Below, piece by piece: positions 1 to 11,694 of a DNA stretch of 64,000 nucleotides. The first letter of the stretch is position 1. Every line of letters begins with the position of its first letter. The notes beneath the pieces were generated by a model. That model ran no database searches. It was given only the letters and a program-made list of their open reading frames with translations, and was not told the origin of the DNA. A program made the position numbers and the translations under genes. Source of the stretch: an uncultured Candidatus Saccharibacteria bacterium (GTDB taxonomy: Bacteria > Patescibacteriota > Saccharimonadia > Saccharimonadales > CAYLGV01); assembly GCA_964394925.1 (NCBI GenBank), contig CAYMZG010000001.1, positions 3,656 through 67,655 on the forward strand, given 5' to 3'.

Positions 1-1758
1 GGCCTCTAGAAGGCTTAGCCTGAATGCCTTGACCCTATCTTTATAATAACCGAATTCCTCTGTTATCTCTGGACCAGATGACCATGCCAACGTAGCGTAC
101 TCGCAAAACTGACTAATCATTTTTTGGGCATCTGGGTTCATACCTTCATGTTCAGCAAGTCGTTTATTCACGGGAATATCTGTCTCGACTCTATATATAT
201 CCAGATTCAGACAGGGCACTTCACCGTCTTGGCGTTGGTGGATGACATCTTTTAACACACGTAGAATTTCATCTGAGCCCTTACTGCCATATACCGCTAC
301 GTTGAATCGTACCGCCACTTTCCAGAGCCGCGCGTACAGCGGAGAATTCTCAATCCGCTCTATTTCACGAAGCACAGCTTCGTCGGTTCGTTCATCGGCC
401 AAAATGAAATGTTCAATGCTTCGTATGGCTTGTCGTAGCTGCTCGATTCCAGCCGAACCAGTTTCTGTAATGACGAGTGCCGTATGTTCGTTGGTGAGAT
501 TTCCATCCATAATCGCTTCGGCAAATAGAAATGAGTACTCATCAACGCCCGACTTGAATATTTCCATGCCGGCCAATCGCTCTTTTCGGTATGAGCAATA
601 GAGGTCCCACGCAACATCATTATGACCGGCAGCAAGAAGCCGTCTAGTGACGCCGCTGACGTCTACTATTTCATCAAGTTTAAAAGCTTTGGCAACGTCT
701 GCAAACTTTGGCACCCAGTCGTAATTTTCAAACAACTGTCCAGACTCATTTGGTTCAATATTCTCTACGATTTGTACAAATAATTCTGGGCTGAAAGGCG
801 GGAAGTAGCCCCGTCTTGATATAAGTGTGGCGAAATCTTCGGCTGAACGACACATGAACATTACATCTTCGTTCGTTAATGGCTGGGGCATCAATGCATG
901 ACGTCCTTTATCTTCTTGATCTTGGGCTTCTAGTTTGGGCCAAAAATTCGTTGCTAAACGCAAGACATATCGACCAGCCATACTACTCGACCTAAGTAGT
1001 GCGTAGCCTATTTCACTGTAATTCTGGACGAGCTGGAGCTTCTCTCCGTTAATACTGCACTCACCTGCAAGATCCATGCCCCGCAGCAATGATCTGTATG
1101 CGGTAATTACCATGCCGTCATCACCATACAGCTTTGATGTAGCAGCTTTTGCAAATTCTGCAGTGCTAAACCCGCCGAGACGTTCTGCCAAGATAATACC
1201 TGACGCTATAATTTCATCCAGTGGTCCGTGGCTATTACCAAGTTGAGCAAAATATGGCAGTCGTGTTTCCCCTTGATACGCAACATTGAATGCATCTCGC
1301 ATTTGTTCGGCAACCATGTTTTCAAGGATGTCTTTGGTATCTAACTCCGCCGTACGAATATTGAGATTGTCGGTATTGATACGCGTGAATTCCGTTGGTC
1401 TGGACCATAGATCATGTGTATTTCGCTCTTCCCATGACATCTCATCATATTTTGCCTGCAAACGATCGAGTTCGATTGCTTCTGCCCGCGACTTTGCCAG
1501 CAAATGAGCACTTCTACCAAAGTAAAGCGTCCCTAAGCGAACCATATTAGTGAGTCGGCGCTGGTCGGATTCTTGTTTTCTCGCTAACAGCGGAGTGTCG
1601 GCATATGATTCAACATCAATAGCAACCGAAGCGAGTGTTGTTAGTACTAGCTCCTTGTCTGGGTGATCAATAGCTTCATAGGCAGCTCGAAAATCATAAT
1701 GACTATCTAAAATTGCATCAATATCTATCGTCTCTAGAAGTGCCGCTTGTTCTGCCAT
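1..1758 (-). CDS. hypothetical protein, partial (>=586 aa); C-terminus lies beyond the left window edge. Absent from the supplied ORF track because it has no in-window stop
   Basis: Own minus-strand translation: ATG at 1758-1756 (MAEQAALLETIDIDAILDSHYDFRAAYEAI...) stays open in frame to position 1 (...YYKDRVKAFRLSLLEA). No family recognised. Confidence 0.6.
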   Translation of the reverse strand, partial: MAEQAALLETIDIDAILDSHYDFRAAYEAIDHPDKELVLTTLASVAIDVESYADTPLLARKQESDQRRLTNMVRLGTLYFGRSAHLLAKSRAEAIELDRLQAKYDEMSWEERNTHDLWSRPTEFTRINTDNLNIRTAELDTKDILENMVAEQMRDAFNVAYQGETRLPYFAQLGNSHGPLDEIIASGIILAERLGGFSTAEFAKAATSKLYGDDGMVITAYRSLLRGMDLAGECSINGEKLQLVQNYSEIGYALLRSSSMAGRYVLRLATNFWPKLEAQDQEDKGRHALMPQPLTNEDVMFMCRSAEDFATLISRRGYFPPFSPELFVQIVENIEPNESGQLFENYDWVPKFADVAKAFKLDEIVDVSGVTRRLLAAGHNDVAWDLYCSYRKERLAGMEIFKSGVDEYSFLFAEAIMDGNLTNEHTALVITETGSAGIEQLRQAIRSIEHFILADERTDEAVLREIERIENSPLYARLWKVAVRFNVAVYGSKGSDEILRVLKDVIHQRQDGEVPCLNLDIYRVETDIPVNKRLAEHEGMNPDAQKMISQFCEYATLAWSSGPEITEEFGYYKDRVKAFRLSLLEA

Positions 1759-1828
1759 AATTTCACACAATTAATCAATACATTATGCAACATTTTCATA
1801 ATAAAGTCCACTGTATTGTTTGGACTTA

Positions 1829-2653
1829 CTAGCTATTGCGTACTAATGTGTAAAATGCCTCTGTGCCAATGGGATTGTTGGGCCGAGGAAAAAGAATGCA
1901 ACCGTCGCTGTTTGCGACAATATCAACGCCATTTTCGGTACAAATAACTTCACCCTTTTTTATTGCATCGAAACTAGTGTAATCACGACTGAAGGTAATG
2001 TCTGGGCCTTCAACCAACTTTGTTGTATCTTTGACGAATATGCGTGGACTATGGATGCTTTTAGTGTTCGAATGTTTCGGTACCAGACCGAAGTGAGCAA
2101 GAAACGATAATACGCCTCCTTGTATAGTGTCCGAGTAGGCGTGCGGGCGATCAACACCACCTGTTTCAAAACACACTCCCACTTTCCCTTTCATGGCCAT
2201 GTAATCGTCGCTTCCACCTCCATACTCACCCTCTGGTATATTCACGATGTATTTTGCCGACAACACCATGGCCGCTTCATTGCTTGTAGGGCTACAAATA
2301 GCAAAAGGCCTATCCATGCTTTCGTTGTACATGTGTAGATCAAGAAGCGCATCGCAATCATCTAAGACCTTTTCTATGCTCCTTGCAATCGAATCTTCCG
2401 GATACTGGTTCTCATTTAGCCCAAATCTTCTATTCAAGTTTGTATTTACGAAACGTACGTTTCGATCACAGGCGGTAGGATTAGCAAAAATAAGATCAAC
2501 TGATCCGCTATGTATTTCAATACCCTTTAACCAGTCCCACTCAAATTGGGGCCCTTTTTCATTGCCATGGACACCAACCATAATTGCAATTCTTTTACCT
2601 GCTCGTTTGGATTCTATCCTGCTGAAGATGGCTGGTTTTAGTATTGTTGTCAT
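1829..2653 (-). CDS. succinylglutamate desuccinylase / aspartoacylase-family (M14-like) zinc hydrolase
   Basis: 274-aa ORF. RIAIMVGVHGNEKGP metal-ligand block and NPTACDRNVRFVNTNLNRRF block are typical of the AstE/AspA family. Confidence 0.7.
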   Translation of the reverse strand: MTTILKPAIFSRIESKRAGKRIAIMVGVHGNEKGPQFEWDWLKGIEIHSGSVDLIFANPTACDRNVRFVNTNLNRRFGLNENQYPEDSIARSIEKVLDDCDALLDLHMYNESMDRPFAICSPTSNEAAMVLSAKYIVNIPEGEYGGGSDDYMAMKGKVGVCFETGGVDRPHAYSDTIQGGVLSFLAHFGLVPKHSNTKSIHSPRIFVKDTTKLVEGPDITFSRDYTSFDAIKKGEVICTENGVDIVANSDGCILFPRPNNPIGTEAFYTLVRNS

Positions 2654-2770
2654 GTGTTAATTATTTCACTTGTACACTAGTTTGAATAGCACAAAAAGAC
2701 GCGAGCTCAGTATTGGTGGTGTAGCGGAGACTCAAGCATGAGGCAACTTAGGGCAGCAGATTACAGATGT

Positions 2771-2799
2771 TTGACTTGCAATACTATAAGTAGTAGAAT
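2771..2799 (+). promoter_or_regulatory. sigma70-like promoter (TTGACT - 17 nt - TAGAAT) directly in front of the 2809 ATG
   Basis: TTGACT at 2771-2776, 17-nt spacer, TAGAAT at 2794-2799. The first ATG of the downstream ORF is 9 nt after the -10 box and no SD is visible. Confidence 0.4.
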
Positions 2800-2808
2800 T
2801 TGCTGTCT

Positions 2809-3297
2809 ATGAGAGCAGAGGTTAATGAAATGTTGGCGGCATTTGCCGAAGATCTGGCGAGGGAGCCTGATCCAATATTGCTTGCTGATTTTGACTATGA
2901 TCCTGGGAGCTGGCCCGTATCGCGGGGCAACCCGGATGATTACAACCCCTATGTCTTCAAAAACGTATCGAATCCAGTGCTGAACGACGCAGCCCAAACG
3001 CCCGAATTGAGCAAACGAGAAGGTAGACACATCACGACCAGTTTTCCGTTGCGTAAGAAAATTCTACTTGGGGCTGTAATAACTGGTGTGACGACTATTA
3101 TTATGTTCGGCGCTGAAGTTATACCTGAGCCCGAGCAACCCAGACAACAGCCCACCTGCCACTACGCCAGGATCGAACCTATGCCAACAACGCCACGAGA
3201 TCCAGCAGACATATTTATGCAGGCAAAGGGTCAGCAGCTCGAGCAACAACTTCGGCAGCTACCTCGTTATGAGTGCCAGACCCCAACAACTCGCTAA
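2809..3297 (+). CDS. hypothetical single-pass membrane protein
   Basis: The track ORF 2800..3297 begins at TTG; the first ATG is 2809 (MRAEVNEML...). One hydrophobic segment (ILLGAVITGVTTIIMFGA). No family recognised. Confidence 0.4.
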   Translation: MRAEVNEMLAAFAEDLAREPDPILLADFDYDPGSWPVSRGNPDDYNPYVFKNVSNPVLNDAAQTPELSKREGRHITTSFPLRKKILLGAVITGVTTIIMFGAEVIPEPEQPRQQPTCHYARIEPMPTTPRDPADIFMQAKGQQLEQQLRQLPRYECQTPTTR

Positions 3298-3380
3298 CAA
3301 CCATAGGCATCACGGTCTTGATTAAAAGCGTATGCCCACCCGCAGCTCTGTGGTATGATCATTTTGGACACAGAAAAAAC

Positions 3381-4022
3381 ATGGCACAACAAACGATACA
3401 TAAACCTACTAACAACATTCTAATTGTGTCTTTAGCAGTATTGGTTGTGGTCATCACCCTTCTCGCGCTCGCTTTTTGGGCGTATCGCCAATATGCAACA
3501 CATAGGATGCAATATCCTGTCTCGACCACAAATGTGTCGGACCTCACTGCATCGTACTCAGTCACATTTCAAAACGCTACTATCAGCTTGCGAAATGTTC
3601 CCGGAGCAGAACTAACGTCTTACGACGACCAACAAAACACAAGCGCACGGAAGGACGATTCGTGCCCAGCCTACAATAAGGCTGATCTATTAAAAGATAA
3701 CGCTGTTCTGCTGCAACTTTACTTCTATGATCCAACCTGCTCAGAGCTAGAGACATCAAGCATCAACGGCAGCACAGCCATGCCACGCTCTAATAACGAT
3801 ACCAACGAAGATCGTTCGCTTGTCAAACGCTTTCGGACGAACATTGGTGAAGCCACGCTCTATATGCAAAAAGAGACCTACTGCACAAATCGGTGCACAT
3901 CCAGCATGGTTCCTTATGTATTCATCGACGTCAGCAAGTCTTCTGGCAAGACGCCCCGAGCTATACTGCTAACTGGAGACAGTGCTGAGGCTGTAGCTTC
4001 AACAATGAGCATCCAGAAATGA
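3381..4022 (+). CDS. hypothetical N-terminally anchored membrane protein
   Basis: In-frame ATG at 3381 (MAQQTIHKPTNNILIVSLAVLVVVITLLALAFWAY) inside track ORF 3273..4022. TM anchor followed by a Ser/Thr/Asn-rich domain. Confidence 0.45.
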   Translation: MAQQTIHKPTNNILIVSLAVLVVVITLLALAFWAYRQYATHRMQYPVSTTNVSDLTASYSVTFQNATISLRNVPGAELTSYDDQQNTSARKDDSCPAYNKADLLKDNAVLLQLYFYDPTCSELETSSINGSTAMPRSNNDTNEDRSLVKRFRTNIGEATLYMQKETYCTNRCTSSMVPYVFIDVSKSSGKTPRAILLTGDSAEAVASTMSIQK

Positions 4023-5032
4023 TGCCTGTACCCAATAATATTGTCATACTAGTCGTTGCAACAGTGTTAGTTATGATCTTGCTGTACCTATTGTATGGAA
4101 AGTACACAAGCAGACGAGCCAATCAGCAAGACGCAGCCGTTCCGATATTACTCGCCTATTACACCCGTGGAGCTATGTTAGTCCCCGCAAAGCAAGGATT
4201 GTTCGGTAATATGCAGTTTACGGCGTTTGTTACGGTAGACTTTGAGGAGCTGGTTACTGGTGGCAAAGCCGGTTTAATCTTTCGCGTTGAGTTACCCTTT
4301 CAATCCTCTGTTCATCTTATGGGGATACCTAAAACGGGTAATGAGATTCAGCTTGACCCGTCGCAGATTGACACTCCGATGGAACACGTTGAATTGGAGG
4401 GTGATTATGGGAAGTATTTTGAACTGTACTGCGGTAAGGGCATGCAGGTTGATTCGCGTTATGTATTAGACCCTAAGGCAATGCTATTTACTCTCGACTT
4501 CTGTCAATCACAAAGCTGGGAGCTGGTAGGCAATGAGCTATATTTTGTGCAAACCGGCGCTAATGCTGCGAACGACCCAACGCTGCTGAGCGATGATATC
4601 GTTCAGTTCGTACGTGAAATTAAGCCTGCCGTTGCGGTGCCATTGAGTGATACACAAAAAATACAACAGGCACCATATGGCAAGGATCGACGGACCGACT
4701 TACACTGTCCGATCTGCCATAAGAAGCTAGTAAATACCGGCCAATGTTTCGTTTGTCCAGGGGGTGACGGCGTCTTACTGACCGGCTCACTCCTTTCAAA
4801 GCTTACCAAAACAAGCTCAAGACTGCCAAAGAACACAACCTCTAAGAAGCAACGACCACATACTCTGGTTTGCCCATCCTGTCACCATAGCATGCAGCAA
4901 GTTCCATATAACGGTGGGTCTACCATTATCGATAGCTGTGGCAGCTGCGCATATCGCTGGCTCGATGCGGGTGAGTTAAACACACCAGTAGAGATGACCA
5001 CTACACCCCTTGCCACATCAGATAAGAACTAA
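4019..5032 (+). CDS. membrane-anchored protein with two C-terminal CxxC...CxxC zinc ribbons (second is zf-TFIIB/PF13453-like)
   Basis: ATGA overlap with the upstream ORF. N-terminal TM (IVILVVATVLVMILLYLLYG). CPICHKKLVNTGQCFVCPG and CPSCHHSMQQVPYNGGSTIIDSCGSCAYRWLDAGEL. Confidence 0.55.
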   Translation: MMPVPNNIVILVVATVLVMILLYLLYGKYTSRRANQQDAAVPILLAYYTRGAMLVPAKQGLFGNMQFTAFVTVDFEELVTGGKAGLIFRVELPFQSSVHLMGIPKTGNEIQLDPSQIDTPMEHVELEGDYGKYFELYCGKGMQVDSRYVLDPKAMLFTLDFCQSQSWELVGNELYFVQTGANAANDPTLLSDDIVQFVREIKPAVAVPLSDTQKIQQAPYGKDRRTDLHCPICHKKLVNTGQCFVCPGGDGVLLTGSLLSKLTKTSSRLPKNTTSKKQRPHTLVCPSCHHSMQQVPYNGGSTIIDSCGSCAYRWLDAGELNTPVEMTTTPLATSDKN

Positions 5033-5035
5033 GGT

Positions 5036-5581
5036 TTAGCAGTTAGCGACGTTAGCAGGATTCACATTAAAGAAATTCGGACGCTGCACTTCAGAAGAAT
5101 ACGAAACCATACCTCCGACTGTGTCACCCGCGGCAATTGAGGCATACACAGTTACTATCGTAACCTTGCCGCCCCACCATGAAGTGCTGTAACTACTATT
5201 TATTGTATGTCCGCTGCGATACGAAGCAGCATAAGCCCATGCACCGCTATTGACTGGATTAACATTTGAGAAGAGTACTTGTGTCTTGTAGACAGCGCCA
5301 AACGGTCCATCTACCCTCGTTTTGCACGCATAGGCATTGGTTGCATTGCGAGCACCGTAATAGGTACCAACGTACGACCAAGAGGCAGCCTTGGCCTTCA
5401 GGTTATGCTCGGTGTATTTTAAGTAACCTATGCAGCCGACAATAGTAAGTAAAAGAACGAGAGTGGCCGTAATCAGTAGCGACAGTGGGCTTATGAATTT
5501 CCGCGATTTAAGGTCACCCGCCTTGGCTACCTTAGGTGTTTTCCCGGCTTTTACCGTGTTAGATGTTTTCGTTTTTGCCAT
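5036..5581 (-). CDS. hypothetical membrane-anchored exported protein
   Basis: 181-aa ORF. Lys-rich N-terminus, one TM (ISPLSLLITATLVLLLTIVGCIGYL), then an aromatic/Ser-rich domain ending in Cys. Confidence 0.5.
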   Translation of the reverse strand: MAKTKTSNTVKAGKTPKVAKAGDLKSRKFISPLSLLITATLVLLLTIVGCIGYLKYTEHNLKAKAASWSYVGTYYGARNATNAYACKTRVDGPFGAVYKTQVLFSNVNPVNSGAWAYAASYRSGHTINSSYSTSWWGGKVTIVTVYASIAAGDTVGGMVSYSSEVQRPNFFNVNPANVANC

Positions 5582-5692
5582 TTTTTTAGTTTTTTGAACC
5601 TTTCTGACTATTATCTAAGCATAAGCTGATGTTAAACACAAACCATTGCTTGAGACCGGCAGGCCATGGGCTGCCATAGATTGTGACAGAAG

Positions 5693-7486
<1,794 letters not shown>

Positions 7487-7585
7487 GCATTTTAGCCATA
7501 ACTATATTCAAAACAACATTTAGCGGCACATCTATGATTGTGTTCATGCTTGTAATCAGCCATGGCAACCGTTAGAGTGTGAATC

Positions 7586-8029
7586 ATGAAGAAAAACTCC
7601 GAAACGCCCTGCTGGGACTGTCCAAGTCGAACTGGCTTATCTCGCATATTTGGCAAACTTGCCTTCAAGTACTGGAGTATTTATGACATATCCGGCAAGG
7701 AAATTGCTCGCCAACGCGGTGATTGCTCTGGCAAGGTACCCGCGAAGTTTATGTCGGATAGTTCCACTACGCTGACCGAACGTGAAGGCGTGTATGCCAA
7801 GGAGGTGACCTCCCATTATTATTACGAGAGTGCCTGCCCAAAGGTTTATACACCAGAGCATGAAATACCTGTGCATGTTAATAGGGCCATGCGCAACAAC
7901 AATCTTGACCTCTTCGTTGACGAGAGTACAGCCTACTCCGAGATTCCACGTGATGAGTACGAAGCAGATAAGGCAGAAATTCTTGCAAAATTTCACGAAA
8001 CGCGAGCACGTTTAAGCTTTGATTCATAA
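7586..8029 (+). CDS. hypothetical protein
   Basis: 147-aa ORF with balanced composition, preferred over the antisense ORF 7637..7996, which is Cys/Trp/His-rich. No family recognised. Confidence 0.4.
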   Translation: MKKNSETPCWDCPSRTGLSRIFGKLAFKYWSIYDISGKEIARQRGDCSGKVPAKFMSDSSTTLTEREGVYAKEVTSHYYYESACPKVYTPEHEIPVHVNRAMRNNNLDLFVDESTAYSEIPRDEYEADKAEILAKFHETRARLSFDS

Positions 8030-8039
8030 ATATTCACGG

Positions 8040-8096
8040 TTTGCATAATCCGGCGCGAGCACATAGTATTGAATCGCCGGTAACCTATTATGCAAA
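8040..8096 (+). terminator. long imperfect stem-loop just after the 7586..8029 stop (no clear U tract)
   Basis: TTTGCATAAT-CCGGCG (8040-8055) pairs with CGCCGG (8075-8080) and ATTATGCAAA (8087-8096), with a 6-nt bulge on the right arm. Confidence 0.3.
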
Positions 8097-8173
8097 TAAT
8101 TGGAATCTAGAAAAATTTATAGTGTTTTAAAACATGCTTGTAGTTTTTGTAACTATGTTGTAGAGTATTTTTA

Positions 8174-9271
8174 ATGAAGGAAGAAGTTTTAGGTGGTCGC
8201 ACAGAAGCTGTGGAAGCGTTAGCCTCGCCTTTTGCACGTGCCCTTTCACCCGAGATTGTCTCTGCAGGTGAAATAGAAGCAATGGCCCACCTGGCAGAAG
8301 AGATGCTAGAACTTGACGGAGAAGAATCGCTTGTAAATGGAATGCCAGCGTTAGTTACGCTGCACTATGCTAGGACTAAGATTGATGACACCACGTACTA
8401 TGTACGTGTTTTTCGCCCACTCGATACACCTGATGAGATGCCTGGTATTGTGTTTGATCTCACTGAGGATACCGTTGTTCATACACCCAACATGTATGCT
8501 GTGCGCTTTAAGGACCTTGCGTCTAGCATCGCTCTTGTTGTCGATGACGACCTCAACCCACATGTTAATGACCCGAAAGAGGTAGAACAAATAAAAGCTT
8601 TCTTGGGCGAGATATCCGAAAAAGTGGGCCAAGCTCAGATAGAACAACGACAACAAGCCAATGACCTTGAAGATCAAAAACGCCAGTCTCGACACAACCA
8701 CGTTCGTGACATTGCGCATAGAGTGGGCCGCTATTCTTTCAGAGTATTTGCTATTGCAGCTGCGCTTGGTCTTGTCTATGGCGCGACGCATATTGATTAT
8801 GAACCGGTCAAGAGAGTTTTTAGGAGTAACCGAGATAAGTTTGATGAAGTGGGTCACTCGCTCGATGATGGCCAGATTATCCCGCTAGGTGGTGAAGCGA
8901 GTCCGCAATTCTCGCTTCAGCTATATGATGATAAGTCACTTTCAGTATCAAATATGCCTCGTATGATGAGTAAAGACGCCAACCAAAACGATATGATGAT
9001 GGTCGATGACGGCCTACGTGAGGTTGTCATAACCAGCCCGGAGGGCCGCGATAGCTGCACTATAATCAAGGTTGAAAAAGCGGCTCATGATGCCGTTCTA
9101 AAAGCTTGGACCGATTTTGCTGGTGCAAATGGCGTAAGTAGGGCTGATGAATTAACGGTAACGTACAGCAGCGATGAAATCAAAGCATGCTGGCATGGAC
9201 AAGAACGAAACCCCAATGATGACCCGCGCATTGTCTACGATATATACCAGCCGACCCCCGGCACTCGCTAA
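8174..9271 (+). CDS. hypothetical protein with one central TM segment
   Basis: 365-aa ORF. Acidic N-half, TM FRVFAIAAALGLVYGATHI, C-terminal domain. No family recognised. Confidence 0.5.
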   Translation: MKEEVLGGRTEAVEALASPFARALSPEIVSAGEIEAMAHLAEEMLELDGEESLVNGMPALVTLHYARTKIDDTTYYVRVFRPLDTPDEMPGIVFDLTEDTVVHTPNMYAVRFKDLASSIALVVDDDLNPHVNDPKEVEQIKAFLGEISEKVGQAQIEQRQQANDLEDQKRQSRHNHVRDIAHRVGRYSFRVFAIAAALGLVYGATHIDYEPVKRVFRSNRDKFDEVGHSLDDGQIIPLGGEASPQFSLQLYDDKSLSVSNMPRMMSKDANQNDMMMVDDGLREVVITSPEGRDSCTIIKVEKAAHDAVLKAWTDFAGANGVSRADELTVTYSSDEIKACWHGQERNPNDDPRIVYDIYQPTPGTR

Positions 9272-9337
9272 CATTCGACCAAATTCTCTTCGGCAAGAAC
9301 TCGCCACCCTAAATATTATGGCAAGTCTTTGACTGCG

Positions 9338-9796
9338 TTAGGTTGTGGAGATTTCAACCGGAGACTCTGGCCAACTCGTGGCTACGCACTGAATTATGAA
9401 TTGTTTTAAATTCTCAGAAACAAATGGCAGATTCGACAGATCAGATAACTTTACCCAGGCAGGCTTGTATAGATTCTTGCCAAGTTTATTTATGGCCATC
9501 TCTTCGGAGTCTGGATGTAGCTGTGGCTCCCCACTGGCATAATCACAAAGGTATACAAATTGATCTCCGTACGGGTTGCCGGCGTGCTCTACTACCACCA
9601 GGCGGGGGTTGCTGAACTCAACCATTGTTTCTTCAAGCAACTCACGCACAAGGGCACGCTCGGGCGTCTCACCAATCTCAATATTGCCGCCAGGTAATGT
9701 GTCATACTCGGTACCAAACTTATTGCGGTGCATTACCAGCAATTGCTGGTCTTTAATGATAATAGCGCGTACAGCAGTTCTCATAACTGCTAACAT
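9338..9796 (-). CDS. NUDIX hydrolase
   Basis: Nudix box GGNIEIGETPERALVRELLEETMV (GX5EX7REUXEEXGU pattern). Confidence 0.8.
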   Translation of the reverse strand: MLAVMRTAVRAIIIKDQQLLVMHRNKFGTEYDTLPGGNIEIGETPERALVRELLEETMVEFSNPRLVVVEHAGNPYGDQFVYLCDYASGEPQLHPDSEEMAINKLGKNLYKPAWVKLSDLSNLPFVSENLKQFIIQCVATSWPESPVEISTT

Positions 9797-9918
9797 TATG
9801 CAGTTGCTTCGCTGTTAACGCAATGCAAAAAGCCAAGGCCTAAGCATTGCAATGCCTTCACGCTCATGCCTTAAAGGGATGCCCGTGGTTTAATACCTTT
9901 ATACAACAGGAGTGCAAT

Positions 9919-10398
9919 ATGAAGCTATTTAAACGTAAACAAAACCATGAAGCTACACCCGATACCAATATTTCAGATATGACTGGGGCCGAAATGGATC
10001 CTGCAGAACAACGAGCACCAGAGACCCTACCCGCCACATGTCTTGGCGAGAAGTGCCCAAATTACCAAGGTTCAGCCTGCCAAGATTCATATTTTGAGTG
10101 GGTAAGGGTCAAGCCAACAACAATGGAAAATCAGAATACGGAGCTCCCGCCGAAAGTTAGCGAAACAGTATTTGTGACCTATGGCCAGCTCTGCCTAAAA
10201 GGCAGCGGTACCGACGTGGTGGGGTATCAGATTCATGACTATGGCGTCGAACAGTTCCCAATGGAGAACACCGGTTTGATTCGGCATGGTGACAGTCGGT
10301 TTGGGGCCGGCATTGATGTTGACCTTATGGATGTTCGTTTCGACGAGTCTGGTAATATGGCTACAGAATTGCGTCGAACATATGACGGCTGGGGCTAG
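9919..10398 (+). CDS. hypothetical protein
   Basis: ATG at 9919 (MKLFKRKQNHE...) is preceded by ACAGGAG 6 nt upstream. It lies in frame within track ORF 9847..10398. Confidence 0.5.
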   Translation: MKLFKRKQNHEATPDTNISDMTGAEMDPAEQRAPETLPATCLGEKCPNYQGSACQDSYFEWVRVKPTTMENQNTELPPKVSETVFVTYGQLCLKGSGTDVVGYQIHDYGVEQFPMENTGLIRHGDSRFGAGIDVDLMDVRFDESGNMATELRRTYDGWG

Positions 10399-10432
10399 AT
10401 CACCCATCAACATTTAAACTTGAGTATGTATG

Positions 10433-10768
10433 CTAGGCAGAAGGTGGAAATGCCAGTGCCAACAAGTACGCCAGCAGCACGACGCCTAACTGCAACCCAA
10501 TGATTGCCGCTGCAATTCTATACTTGTCCAAAGCCTTGTCTTTGTTTCTGGCGACGAGCACGAGAATCACACTCATCACCAAAACACCCAGACCAGTAAT
10601 AATTGAGCCGAGCATGATTGGACGTAAATATGCCAGTTCATGATGTACGTTAACGCGCGCCGGATTGTAGTGCTTTAGGATTCGACCGATAAGTTGCCCT
10701 GAAAGAAACGTAAGTGGCAGGATGCTAGCACTACAATAAATTGCCAGACGACCTAGTTTATCATTCAT
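10433..10768 (-). CDS. small hypothetical membrane protein (3 TM)
   Basis: 111-aa ORF, strongly hydrophobic, with three helix-length segments. Confidence 0.45.
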   Translation of the reverse strand: MNDKLGRLAIYCSASILPLTFLSGQLIGRILKHYNPARVNVHHELAYLRPIMLGSIITGLGVLVMSVILVLVARNKDKALDKYRIAAAIIGLQLGVVLLAYLLALAFPPSA

Positions 10769-10866
10769 GTTTATTGCCCTGCCCTATGGTGTAATAGTCG
10801 CTAATCATCCTCTTACCATTGTAGCGCACTGTTTGATTGCTCTTGTGGGGCGTAAATCGAGGACGG

Positions 10867-11685
10867 CTATACTTGTTCTGTAAAGACAACGATGCGCTTG
10901 CTGAAATCATTAGTACCCTTGATGACTTCGCCGTAACAGCTTATGAGATTCAATCCCGGTTTCGTTGAGCTTATGGGTGCTAAGACCTGATCCATATCAA
11001 CCGCATCAGCAGCATAGACACGCGTTGTAACAACACGAAAGTTATAGGTTATCCCGTCGCCGCGTTCGACTTTGACCGTGTCACCAGCTTGCAAACTCTT
11101 AAGATCGTGGAAAACACCTTTTGTTGTCCAACTCGAGATGTGTCCATCAATCAGCATCACACCTGGCTGGCCAGGCAACGCCGAACGATTGTACCAAGCA
11201 GTATCAAACACATTGCTTGGGGTTGCGACTGCGCCCGTTTTATCGGTGCCAGCCGCAATGATACGTGCATCGACTCCAAGCTTTGGTATTGTAATGAACC
11301 GTGGCAGATTGGGTGCCACCACATAGCTACTATGCATATCTGCAGGTGGTTTGTTGGTGCTGGGTACGTCAGACGATGCCAAAACGCTCGCACCACCCGA
11401 ACTCTTAGCTTGTGCGTTAGCAGCGGCTACCTGCTTAGTGGCCGTGTCACGAGCCTGCGTGTTGGCAGCTTGTGTGCGCCAGCTAAAACCCAGCCCTACT
11501 ACCAGCAAACCTATCGAAATCGTAACGAGTGCGTTGCTGAGCGGAACGACAGTATATCTATATCGAGCCTGTAGCTGGACAAGGATGTCATTCATCTGCT
11601 GACGGATCAACAGCATGCTCGCATAGAGCGTTATTACCCACCAAGAAACATAGCGGTTAGTTGACTGGTTACTTGACTCAGTCAT
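10867..11685 (-). CDS. sortase (class F-like transpeptidase)
   Basis: N-terminal TM segments, then a sortase core: MLIDGHISSW (His), GLNLISCYGEV (TLxTC-type Cys), RIVVFTEQV (Arg). Confidence 0.8.
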   Translation of the reverse strand: MTESSNQSTNRYVSWWVITLYASMLLIRQQMNDILVQLQARYRYTVVPLSNALVTISIGLLVVGLGFSWRTQAANTQARDTATKQVAAANAQAKSSGGASVLASSDVPSTNKPPADMHSSYVVAPNLPRFITIPKLGVDARIIAAGTDKTGAVATPSNVFDTAWYNRSALPGQPGVMLIDGHISSWTTKGVFHDLKSLQAGDTVKVERGDGITYNFRVVTTRVYAADAVDMDQVLAPISSTKPGLNLISCYGEVIKGTNDFSKRIVVFTEQV

Positions 11686-11694
11686 GGCCGTTTC

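Noticed and set aside
7637-7996. 119-aa minus-strand ORF as the real gene at this locus
   Set aside because: Its composition (many Cys, Trp and His) looks non-coding. The overlapping plus-strand ORF 7586..8029 has a more protein-like sequence and is followed by a stem-loop. Neither is strongly supported.
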